This document shows positions 16,588-24,245 of a stretch of DNA of 64,000 nucleotides, piece after piece. The stretch comes from a virus (Duplodnaviria; Caudoviricetes). The notes beneath the pieces are model-generated. The model ran no database searches. It saw only the letters and a list, made by a program, of their open reading frames with translations, and was not told the DNA's origin. The stretch spans positions 1,048 to 65,047 of IMG/VR virus record IMGVR_UViG_3300021197_001026. One strand, 5' to 3'. Position 1 is the first letter of the stretch. Every line of letters begins with the position of its first letter. The position numbers and the translations under genes were made by a program.

Positions 16588-16848
16588 ATGAAAGAGAAGA
16601 TCAAATCCCTGACCTTGAAGGACTTGGTAGACATCGTTGAGCAGACGATAGATCACTACGATCTAACCCTGCCAGATTCATATCAAGTCAGGCTAGACCT
16701 ACTCAGAGAACTAGCCAACGATCCAAACATACACCCCGCGAGACCTAACGAATTAGATTTCCGCAGATTCGATGTGCTCACTGATTACGTGCAAGACCAG
16801 ATCATCGATCAACAAATTGACCGAGTTGTTACGACTCGTTGCTCGTGA
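16588..16848 (+). CDS. Hypothetical protein
   Basis: AGGAG RBS. Confidence 0.6.
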   Translation: MKEKIKSLTLKDLVDIVEQTIDHYDLTLPDSYQVRLDLLRELANDPNIHPARPNELDFRRFDVLTDYVQDQIIDQQIDRVVTTRCS

Positions 16849-16880
16849 TACGTTATACTAAACACACAACAGGAGATCCA

Positions 16881-17162
16881 ATGATGGACTACAAGACAAG
16901 ACGATTCTTTCGAGACCTAACGCGAGGACTGAAGATCTTCGCAGCATTCATGTCGAAGATGGCAGCAGCGATTCTATTGCTATTCGTTGGCGTGTTCTTC
17001 ACCCACTACGCATTCACCACCACAAGCATCGATGACCTGCGCTTTGGTGTGCTGGCTATGAAGTTCATGGGCCTTGCGTTCTGTTCTATCTCAGCAGGCG
17101 TGATGTTCATAGCAGTGCGTGATTTCAATGAGGACGGACGATTCTACTTTGGAGGGCGATAG
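16881..17162 (+). CDS. Hypothetical membrane protein (2 TM)
   Basis: AGGAG RBS before ATG 16881; two hydrophobic segments. Confidence 0.6.
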   Translation: MMDYKTRRFFRDLTRGLKIFAAFMSKMAAAILLLFVGVFFTHYAFTTTSIDDLRFGVLAMKFMGLAFCSISAGVMFIAVRDFNEDGRFYFGGR

Positions 17163-17164
17163 CT

Positions 17165-17542
17165 ATGAATTATCAACAATGGAATGCAGATGATCGACTC
17201 TGCAAAACTTTCAAGGATGACTGTGTTGTGAGATCACTCAGCATTGTGCTGGGCAAACGCTACTCCACAACATTCTATGACCTCATGGGGATTGGTCAGA
17301 TCTTGGGTGCCTTTCCTAACCATGACAAGGTTTGGATCTGGTATGCCGAAGAGCAAGGGCTGGTCAAACGTAAGCCGCCCCGCGATGACAACGGCAAGCT
17401 GATCAAGCTCAAGGACTGGAACTTCGAGGGCGTGGCTATCGTGCGTAATAGCGGTCACCTGACGGCAGTCGAGCACGGCTACCTGATCGATACATGGGAC
17501 TGCCGCTATCGCCCAGTCAACAGCTACTGGGAGGCAATCTGA
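17165..17542 (+). CDS. Conserved phage protein, possibly papain-like fold (DCVVR...H...DTWD)
   Basis: Cys/His/Asp motif spacing; GGAGG RBS. Confidence 0.55.
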   Translation: MNYQQWNADDRLCKTFKDDCVVRSLSIVLGKRYSTTFYDLMGIGQILGAFPNHDKVWIWYAEEQGLVKRKPPRDDNGKLIKLKDWNFEGVAIVRNSGHLTAVEHGYLIDTWDCRYRPVNSYWEAI

Positions 17543-17724
17543 TGGATAACTACTCAGCCGTAGGCATTGTTAAAGGGTTCATCGAGGCCGATGAGACCAA
17601 GGTGATCGAGGCTTGGCAACACCTAGTCGATACCGGCTTTGCTTGGCAGCTAATCGCAGCGCAGGCAATAGAACCTTGGGCCATACAGAACCTGTTCGAT
17701 GCAGGAGTTATCACTGCAAAATAA
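17542..17724 (+). CDS. Hypothetical protein (AWQHLVDTG.AWQL)
   Basis: TGATG overlap; GGAGG RBS. Confidence 0.6.
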   Translation: MDNYSAVGIVKGFIEADETKVIEAWQHLVDTGFAWQLIAAQAIEPWAIQNLFDAGVITAK

Positions 17725-17751
17725 TTTCACAAACCAACAGGAGAAATCCAA

Positions 17752-18117
17752 ATGACTAACCAAATCAAACAATACCTTATCGACAGTATCACCTTGTGCG
17801 GATACACCGACCCAGACGGCAACCCATACAACGAAGAAGGCATGAGCGATAGCGAGAAGATCGTCGCCGCCAAGCTTAACTTCGAGTCAGAGATGGGCTG
17901 GTTGATCGAGAGATCAGGACAGCACAAGGCTTGCGTCGATTGGTTGTCTGGCCTGTGCAGCACTATGAACATCGCCTTCTCATACACAGACATCATCGAC
18001 CTAGCCCGACGTACTGGTGGACTCAAGGAAGGCGACAGCGAGAAGCGTGAGGACTACATCTGCGAGAACTACTTCCCCTTCATGGCAACCAAGTTGCTGC
18101 AACTGTTCAACAAATAG
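17752..18117 (+). CDS. Hypothetical protein
   Basis: AGGAG RBS within the shared early leader motif. Confidence 0.7.
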   Translation: MTNQIKQYLIDSITLCGYTDPDGNPYNEEGMSDSEKIVAAKLNFESEMGWLIERSGQHKACVDWLSGLCSTMNIAFSYTDIIDLARRTGGLKEGDSEKREDYICENYFPFMATKLLQLFNK

Positions 18118-18128
18118 GAGATCCCGAT

Positions 18129-18509
18129 ATGGAAGAGATAAAAGCTCACAGGCCAACGATGTGGCCTAAAGAGTCCAAGTGGTATGAGTTGCACTACCTT
18201 TTGCATCACATAGGTTATGGCAACAGCGACACTGCTATCAGGGTGAGAGAGTCTGACGTTGGAGGCAGGTTCTCTTACTCAATGAAAAACAATCTCAGGG
18301 AGTGGGTTCATAACCAGAACCTTGCCTGTGCCCGGTATCACGCACAATACCGAATCGGGGCGCAGTGGGAACATGAAAGGGAGTTCCTTCCAAAAGAGAA
18401 GGGACGGGTCTGTGGCCCTGAGCATGACCTGCTGCCTGATGGAGAGGAGCTGGCTGTCGTTGTTTGGAAGTACGACATGGACGAATGGTTTGAAACACCC
18501 AACACATAA
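18129..18509 (+). CDS. Hypothetical protein
   Basis: AGGAG RBS. Confidence 0.6.
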   Translation: MEEIKAHRPTMWPKESKWYELHYLLHHIGYGNSDTAIRVRESDVGGRFSYSMKNNLREWVHNQNLACARYHAQYRIGAQWEHEREFLPKEKGRVCGPEHDLLPDGEELAVVVWKYDMDEWFETPNT

Positions 18510-18519
18510 GGAGAACCCA

Positions 18520-18927
18520 ATGAGCAAATTAGAAGTAGCTGAAATGGATCTTAGCAACTTGACCGATGTGCAGCTTGACGTGATTCGTATGCTCACTTTG
18601 GCTGCCGAGGAACACTTCGACCGGCTGGGTGAGCGCAGCGAGTTTGCTGCTAAAAAAGATCGCGCACATAGGTTCGCAGTTCAAACTTTCACGCTGGCAA
18701 GTCGTATACGGAAAGAGAAAGAAGAAAGGGCGCTCGATTGGATCTATCAAGAAACTCTCAAGGGAGAAGAGGCAGAAGGCCACTGGCCTTGCCATAAATT
18801 TTCTGACATAGATTCAGACCACGGGCCATGCACAGGCTATGAGATCGAAGATCTAGGCATCACGATCTATACCTATGTCAATGATGACACCCGCATATCA
18901 GTTCACAGAGAGGAGGCGAAGAAATGA
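18520..18927 (+). CDS. Hypothetical protein (MSKLEVAEMDL...)
   Basis: Start trimmed to the ATG after AAGGAG. Confidence 0.6.
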   Translation: MSKLEVAEMDLSNLTDVQLDVIRMLTLAAEEHFDRLGERSEFAAKKDRAHRFAVQTFTLASRIRKEKEERALDWIYQETLKGEEAEGHWPCHKFSDIDSDHGPCTGYEIEDLGITIYTYVNDDTRISVHREEAKK

Positions 18928-19166
18928 GCAACGTGACCCCAACCAAAATCAAGACCCACGCAAACCTGAGTGAGATGTTACTCAAGGCAGGCATAGCAGA
19001 TTCGAGAGTGCCGGACTTACGCCGCGCACTTATCGATGTCCACAAGGCGTACTGCGACCTCGATCCGTGGGGCCGCAAGGACTTCAAGAAACTTTGCGGT
19101 GATCGCAAATTCCATGAGGTGCTGGCGCTGATTGCGTCAGTTGAAGACCTAAACACTGATCTATAA
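18924..19166 (+). CDS. Hypothetical protein
   Basis: ATGA overlap; GGAGG RBS. Confidence 0.6.
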   Translation: MSNVTPTKIKTHANLSEMLLKAGIADSRVPDLRRALIDVHKAYCDLDPWGRKDFKKLCGDRKFHEVLALIASVEDLNTDL

Positions 19167-19179
19167 ACAGGAGAATCTA

Positions 19180-19872
19180 ATGAGTGAATTGAAAGTACTA
19201 GTTGCTTGCGAGACGAGCGGCACCGTGAGAGATGCGTTTTATATGGCAGGCCACGATGCGTGGTCTTGCGACATCCTACCAGCAGACACCCCAACCAACC
19301 GACACATCCAAGCAGACGTTCGAGAGGTGCTGAAGATGGAGCAATGGGATCTGTTGATGGTTGCTCATCCACCTTGTACCAGACTCTGCAACAGCGGAGT
19401 CAGATGGCTACACAAAGCACCACCTGACCGAACACTAGAGTCCATGTGGTCTGAGCTTGATGAAGGCGCTGCGCTCTTTCGAGAACTACTAGATGCCGAC
19501 GTGCCACTGATTGCCGTTGAGAATCCAGTCATGCACAAGTATGCGAAGGAGCGCATATGGGGTAAGGGATGGGAGAAGAAGTCAAAGAACGATGGGCAGT
19601 TCATCCAGACCAGTGTGCAGCCCTATGAGTTTGCGGCATCCATCGACGCCGAGGACAACGTGACAAAGCGCACTTGCCTTTGGTTGAAGGGACTGCCACC
19701 ACTACAACCCACCAGCACCCTAACCCGTGAGACGGCAAGGGATGACATCCACAAGGCACCACCATCCAAAGATCGCTGGAAGATACGCAGCAAGTTCCAC
19801 AAGGGACTGGCTGAAGCAATGGCAGATCAATGGGGTGGCGATTACTTAATCAACAAGGAGGTAGCAGCTTGA
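19180..19872 (+). CDS. Short phage C5-cytosine DNA methyltransferase-like protein
   Basis: VLVACE.SG.VR.AF, SCD, catalytic-like HPPCT, ENP, K.TCLWL, RSK...G.A.AMA.QWG. Confidence 0.75.
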   Translation: MSELKVLVACETSGTVRDAFYMAGHDAWSCDILPADTPTNRHIQADVREVLKMEQWDLLMVAHPPCTRLCNSGVRWLHKAPPDRTLESMWSELDEGAALFRELLDADVPLIAVENPVMHKYAKERIWGKGWEKKSKNDGQFIQTSVQPYEFAASIDAEDNVTKRTCLWLKGLPPLQPTSTLTRETARDDIHKAPPSKDRWKIRSKFHKGLAEAMADQWGGDYLINKEVAA

Positions 19873-20090
19873 ACAAGATAATACTGACCAACGAGCAATG
19901 GGTTGAGATGTGCGGAAACCTTACCGTGATCTTAGCTGAAGAGTACGGCGATGGCGGTCTCGATACAGAGATCGCTGACAACGGCGATGAGCACTACACC
20001 GACGAGTCGCAAGAACGATTCAACCTATATAACGACGAGGCAGATTCGATTATGCACCGACTTGGTTTTAGTCAGGAGGTAGCAGCGTGA
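19869..20090 (+). CDS. Hypothetical acidic protein
   Basis: TTGA overlap after AAGGAGG. Confidence 0.55.
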   Translation: MNKIILTNEQWVEMCGNLTVILAEEYGDGGLDTEIADNGDEHYTDESQERFNLYNDEADSIMHRLGFSQEVAA

Positions 20091-20431
20091 TCGCAGAAGC
20101 AACAACCAAAGCGAAAGCTACAAGCAGATCAGTGCGGGTGTGGATCGAAGGCAACAAGCTGATCAAGGCAGGCTTTCTGCCTGACACCCCGTACCAAATC
20201 ACACACCGACGCAGCAGCGTCACCCTTGAACTAAGCGAGGATGGAGAGCGACGAGTCACCAAGGCAACACGCAACGGCAAACCCAGGCCGATCATTGACC
20301 TGCACGACTCGAAGATCGCGGCAGCATTCCCCGCTGGAACCGAGGTGGTGGTGCGCTACTACGATGGCGTCATCATCTTCTCGAAAAAACCCAACCAAAA
20401 TAATGTTGCACTGGAGGAAAGCAACGCATAA
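20087..20431 (+). CDS. Tandem AbrB/SymE-like swapped-hairpin protein
   Basis: Two related units, RVWIEG..L..AGF and PIIDL...F..G..V.V....G.I. Confidence 0.5.
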   Translation: MIAEATTKAKATSRSVRVWIEGNKLIKAGFLPDTPYQITHRRSSVTLELSEDGERRVTKATRNGKPRPIIDLHDSKIAAAFPAGTEVVVRYYDGVIIFSKKPNQNNVALEESNA

Positions 20432-20475
20432 AGTAATAGGCCACAACCCACATATCACAACAAATAGGAGAACCT

Positions 20476-21162
20476 GTGAAGACCGAAACCAAACAAGAAC
20501 TGCGTGAGCAACTGGATTCAGCTAACGAGAAGTTGATCGACACTGAACGTCGCCTGAGAGATTCAGAGACTCAAAGAGAATCGACACGAAAAAGATTCGT
20601 TGAGAAGCGTGAGCGTGTTGAGGAACTGGAGGCTCTGTTAGGCATCGAGAACCATGATCCAGACTTGGTAGACAAGTACAAGATCGTCCACCCAGACAAT
20701 GCTTGGTGGATGGAGTACTCCGATGCGTACATCACCATCAACACGCATGGCGAAGAGTCTGAACACCATGTAGGCCGGAAGCAGCGTGTCTGCACGATCC
20801 CGATTCCCAATCTTAACCTTTCAGCCAACTGGCATCACAAAGTGCCGAGGATTCGTGTATGGCAGGATGGAGAATGGCAGTATGTTGAGTCTGATGCTTG
20901 GGCGCTGGTCAGCGAAGACGACAAGGGGCAGGTGTGGGAGAGACCTAGTGTCGAGATCGGTGAACGTACCTACCCATCTGACACTGTTCTGGTTGAGACA
21001 CGCGAGCAATTCTATGCCCGTAAAAGGGTGGAGACCAACGAGCACATCGCTCTGTTACTCGATACCGCCCGAAGCATTACCGATCTGTATTCCAAGATTG
21101 GAGGCTGGCCTGACAACGAGGTCACTGTCGATGTCGAGATCAACAACATTCAGGACATTTAG
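20476..21162 (+). CDS. Hypothetical protein with N-terminal coiled coil, directly upstream of tasA
   Basis: AGGAG RBS, GTG start; ends 10 nt before the Tas gene. Confidence 0.65.
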   Translation: MKTETKQELREQLDSANEKLIDTERRLRDSETQRESTRKRFVEKRERVEELEALLGIENHDPDLVDKYKIVHPDNAWWMEYSDAYITINTHGEESEHHVGRKQRVCTIPIPNLNLSANWHHKVPRIRVWQDGEWQYVESDAWALVSEDDKGQVWERPSVEIGERTYPSDTVLVETREQFYARKRVETNEHIALLLDTARSITDLYSKIGGWPDNEVTVDVEINNIQDI

Positions 21163-21171
21163 GAGATTAAG

Positions 21172-22041
21172 ATGACCGAACAATCAATCCAAAACTCTAT
21201 GCTCAAGGCTTCTGTAAACGGGTTCTACTCAATGCAGAAAACGCGCATTCGAGTCGGTAACAATGTCGTTGCCAACTTCAAGATCAAGCTAGGCCAAGAA
21301 CCTAGCGCATCTGAAGATACGCTGGACGCAGACGCAAAGCTGTTGCTGGCGAACCTTCGAGTCAGCTATAAGAAGATCACGGACGGGGTTGTCAAACTCA
21401 ACCCCCGCAAGTTCAAGCAAGACGGCCTGATCTCAGAGTACAGCGAGCTTGCATTGCTCAAGCAGTACTTCGATCTGGTAGAGACAGAAGAGACTGCGCT
21501 CAAGCAGATCACCTACACCGTCAAGCAGTTCCCCATCTATCAAGCATTCCTTGAAGAGGTGAAGGGCGTGGGGCCAACGATGGCAGCGGTGATCATCTCA
21601 GGCTTTGATATCCACAAGGCGCAATATGCGTCCTCCCTATGGGCATATGCTGGTCTTGATGTGGTTGGCGACAAGGGCAGATCAAGGATCAAGGAACACC
21701 TAGTCGATCAGACCTACATCGATGCCGATGGCAAAGAGCAGACCAAGAAAGGTATCTCTTTCAATCCCTTTATGAAGACCAAACTAATTGGTGTGCTTGG
21801 ATCGTCGTTCGTCAAGACCAACGGTAAGTACCGTGAGATCTACGACAACTACAAGCACCGCATCACCAACATGCCTGCCCATGCTGAGAAGACCAAGGGG
21901 CACCTCAACAACATGGCGATACGCTACACAGTGAAGCGGTTCCTTGTGGATCTCTATATCGCATGGCGCACGTTAGAGGGACTGCCGGTTGCGGATGAAT
22001 ACTCAAAGGGCAAGCTTGGGATCGATCACAAGGTTGCTTGA
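21172..22041 (+). CDS. tasA: TIGR-associated (Tas) Nop-domain RNA-binding protein, nuclease-less TasA type (IS110/Nop5 related)
   Basis: Coiled coil, then FL..VKGVGPTMAAVIIS...SSLWAYAGL...FNP.MKT...H...A.RY.VK.FL.DL...WR. No N-terminal RuvC (DEDD) or HNH domain seen. The stop codon overlaps the first repeat of a 36-nt array. Confidence 0.87.
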   Translation: MTEQSIQNSMLKASVNGFYSMQKTRIRVGNNVVANFKIKLGQEPSASEDTLDADAKLLLANLRVSYKKITDGVVKLNPRKFKQDGLISEYSELALLKQYFDLVETEETALKQITYTVKQFPIYQAFLEEVKGVGPTMAAVIISGFDIHKAQYASSLWAYAGLDVVGDKGRSRIKEHLVDQTYIDADGKEQTKKGISFNPFMKTKLIGVLGSSFVKTNGKYREIYDNYKHRITNMPAHAEKTKGHLNNMAIRYTVKRFLVDLYIAWRTLEGLPVADEYSKGKLGIDHKVA

Positions 22042-22657
22042 GCCACCAAACGGGAGAAAACCAAGACTACTAAGCGAGCCACTTCGGGCTAGAAAACCAC
22101 AAAACTGAAGCGAGCCATACATCGAGAGGAAACCATCACGAAGAAGCGAGCCAGACTCGAGGAGAAAACCACGCACCTAAAGCGAGCCAGACTTCGCAAG
22201 AAAACCAGAGCAATCAAGCGAGTCATTATAGTAGAGCGACACAGGCCGAGTAAGCGAGCCAATGGAGATGAGAAAACCACATTAGCAAAGCGAGCCGTAA
22301 CCGACGAGAAAACCAAAGGGAGTTAGTGAGCCAGCAAGACGTAGAAAACCAATTGAGGTAAGCGAGCCATAGATTTATAGCAAACCAACACCTCTAAGCG
22401 AATCAAAAAGGAGAAGCAGACCATTCACATGGAGTGAGTCACTGGAACGAAGCAATCCAATTGGGCTTAGCGAGCCAACGGAGATGAGAGAACCACATTA
22501 ATAAAGCGAGCCATTATAAATGAGTAACCCACGCAGCTTTAGCGAGTCATGTGAAAGTAGAAACCCAGTTTTTCAAAGCGAGTCATCATATGCAAGCAAC
22601 CCACAATCATAGAGTGAGCCTGGACAGAAAAGTAAACCACTTACGGGGAGCGAGACA
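22037..22657 (+). repeat. TIGR (tandem interspaced guide RNA) array: 17 x 36-nt dual-spacer units plus a terminal repeat
   Basis: The edge repeat (consensus AGCGAGCCA) recurs every 36 nt from 22037 to 22649 (18 copies). The loop repeat (consensus AGAAAACCA) lies 18 nt after each. Each unit has two variable 9-nt spacers. Confidence 0.93.
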
Positions 22658-22665
22658 CAGTGGAA

Positions 22666-22974
22666 ATGGAACAAGTAATCGAACAACTCGAAGATCTAAT
22701 CGCACGTTGGGAGCAAGCGTCAGAGCACTTTGTCAGTGCAGACACTAGCTTCAAAGCGTGGGAAGCGAGCAGTAAGAAAGCCCTTATGGATCAAGGGTGT
22801 AGCGCAGCCAAGGCTGAGATACAGGTACGCAGTGACCCAGAATGGGAAAGCTATTACCTCAACGTGCAGCGGTGCAACATTGCAGTCGAGAAGAAGAAGA
22901 AGCAGATCAATGTCTGTCAGCTTCGTTTCGATGCAGCCCGTACCGCTAGAGCAGATGCAAGGAGGATCGTATGA
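22666..22974 (+). CDS. Hypothetical helical protein
   Basis: Starts right after the last TIGR repeat; ATGA-coupled to the next gene. Confidence 0.65.
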   Translation: MEQVIEQLEDLIARWEQASEHFVSADTSFKAWEASSKKALMDQGCSAAKAEIQVRSDPEWESYYLNVQRCNIAVEKKKKQINVCQLRFDAARTARADARRIV

Positions 22975-23219
22975 GCAGTCAGTTTGTGCATGACATGATC
23001 GGGAAGCTTGCCAAGATAGAGAAGGTGAGCGAGATCCAAGAAATGCTTCATAATATGGCGACCTTAATGGTTGCTTATCCTGATGCGTCCGAAGATCAGT
23101 CCAAGCAATGGCAAGACACCCTAAACTCGTGTCGTGTAGAGCTACGACGCAGGCACAGATCATCAGCGGTACGTCTTGCGCCCAACAAGGGTACATTTCA
23201 CGCCCAAAAAAAGGAGTAA
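22971..23219 (+). CDS. Hypothetical protein
   Basis: AGGAGG RBS. Confidence 0.6.
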   Translation: MSSQFVHDMIGKLAKIEKVSEIQEMLHNMATLMVAYPDASEDQSKQWQDTLNSCRVELRRRHRSSAVRLAPNKGTFHAQKKE

Positions 23220-23222
23220 TTT

Positions 23223-23516
23223 ATGCTAGATCGAGGCGATGCAGACAAGTACTTACCTAATTGCCCGTGGAATCAACCTGATGCGACCATGTGTTCAAAG
23301 CATCCCGACATAGCGATGAACGAAGTCGAGGATGAAGATGAGAATGGCAAGTACAGCTTCATGTTCTGTGAAGTGTGCGTTGCATTAGAAGATAACGAGA
23401 TTGGCAACCTTCATTGTGAAGTTTGCTTTGGTAATGAGTTGGAGTACGACAACGGCAAAGGCTTCTACTGCTTACGTTGTGAGATGCACCACGGTGTGTT
23501 CGTTGAAGAGCTATAA
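23223..23516 (+). CDS. Cys-rich putative zinc-ribbon protein
   Basis: Two CEVC motifs and CLRC; AAGGAG RBS. Confidence 0.6.
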   Translation: MLDRGDADKYLPNCPWNQPDATMCSKHPDIAMNEVEDEDENGKYSFMFCEVCVALEDNEIGNLHCEVCFGNELEYDNGKGFYCLRCEMHHGVFVEEL

Positions 23517-23541
23517 ATTAAAAGTAAACAGGAGAATCTAA

Positions 23542-23760
23542 ATGAGTAAATTAAAAACACAGTACATTCAGATGACCAACGAAGAGATAGCTTTGCTGTC
23601 TACCCTCATGCGAATGAGCGGAGATGACCCGAGGGTTCATGGGTTAATCGGTACTTGCTTCTGGTCTCATGCCCACTCGAAGGATGAGGAGTCTAAACTG
23701 AAGAGCCTATGGACAAGCATTGAAGAAAAACTGGCTGAGTTTTCTAAGGATGAAGCATGA
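23542..23760 (+). CDS. Hypothetical protein
   Basis: AGGAG RBS; leader nearly identical to that of 19180. Confidence 0.6.
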   Translation: MSKLKTQYIQMTNEEIALLSTLMRMSGDDPRVHGLIGTCFWSHAHSKDEESKLKSLWTSIEEKLAEFSKDEA

Positions 23761-23984
23761 CAATCATGGAAGACGTTGAAGAGATGGTTGTGCTTGCTGC
23801 CGAGATTCTTGATGCAAAGCCTAAAGGCAACTATGAGATCGTGATTATGTACCGCGATCCCGACATCGATCAGTCTTGGCAGACCAAGACCTATCGAGAT
23901 GTTTCGATAGCAGACATTCAATCTCTTGATGAGATCGCCAACAACATAGAAATCGGCGGCATGTCAGTCAAGAAGATACGTTAA
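23757..23984 (+). CDS. Hypothetical protein
   Basis: ATGA overlap. Confidence 0.55.
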   Translation: MTIMEDVEEMVVLAAEILDAKPKGNYEIVIMYRDPDIDQSWQTKTYRDVSIADIQSLDEIANNIEIGGMSVKKIR

Positions 23985-24129
23985 GAACGAGGGCTTGGAT
24001 ACGTCAGGTGAGTGCTGGCATCAGGCGTAGCTTTGTCTCCGTGGCAAAGCCTCCATTCGAGAAATAGATGAGATGAACAGGTGGCCCTAATAATCACTAG
24101 CCTAATCTCATCAACCAGCACACCCAAAT

Positions 24130-24171
24130 AAAAAAGCCCCCGCAAGCAGAAGGAGGCAGCTTGCGAGGGCT
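24130..24171 (-). terminator. Intrinsic terminator of the primase-helicase operon
   Basis: AGCCCTCGCAAGC...GCTTGCGGGGGCT followed by a T run on the minus strand. Confidence 0.7.
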
Positions 24172-24245
24172 ACGGGTCAGCGAATCGTCAAGGAGATATT
24201 TCGCTGATCGGATTGTCTCAGACGCTATCGGATTTGCAAGTCCTT

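Noticed and set aside
21172-22041. Active IS110 transposase/insertion sequence
   Set aside because: Only the RNA-binding C-terminal-type region is present. There is no N-terminal DEDD RuvC domain and no P..SG catalytic serine loop after YAGL. The gene is integrated in an operon and followed by a guide array.
22037-22657. CRISPR array
   Set aside because: It has two alternating 9-nt repeats with 9-nt spacers rather than 23-50-nt repeats with ~30-nt spacers, and no cas1/cas2 or effector genes were seen.
22089-22748. ORFs 22089-22316 (-) and 22551-22748 (+)
   Set aside because: By-products of the 36-nt periodicity (recurring LAR...VFS), with no RBS.
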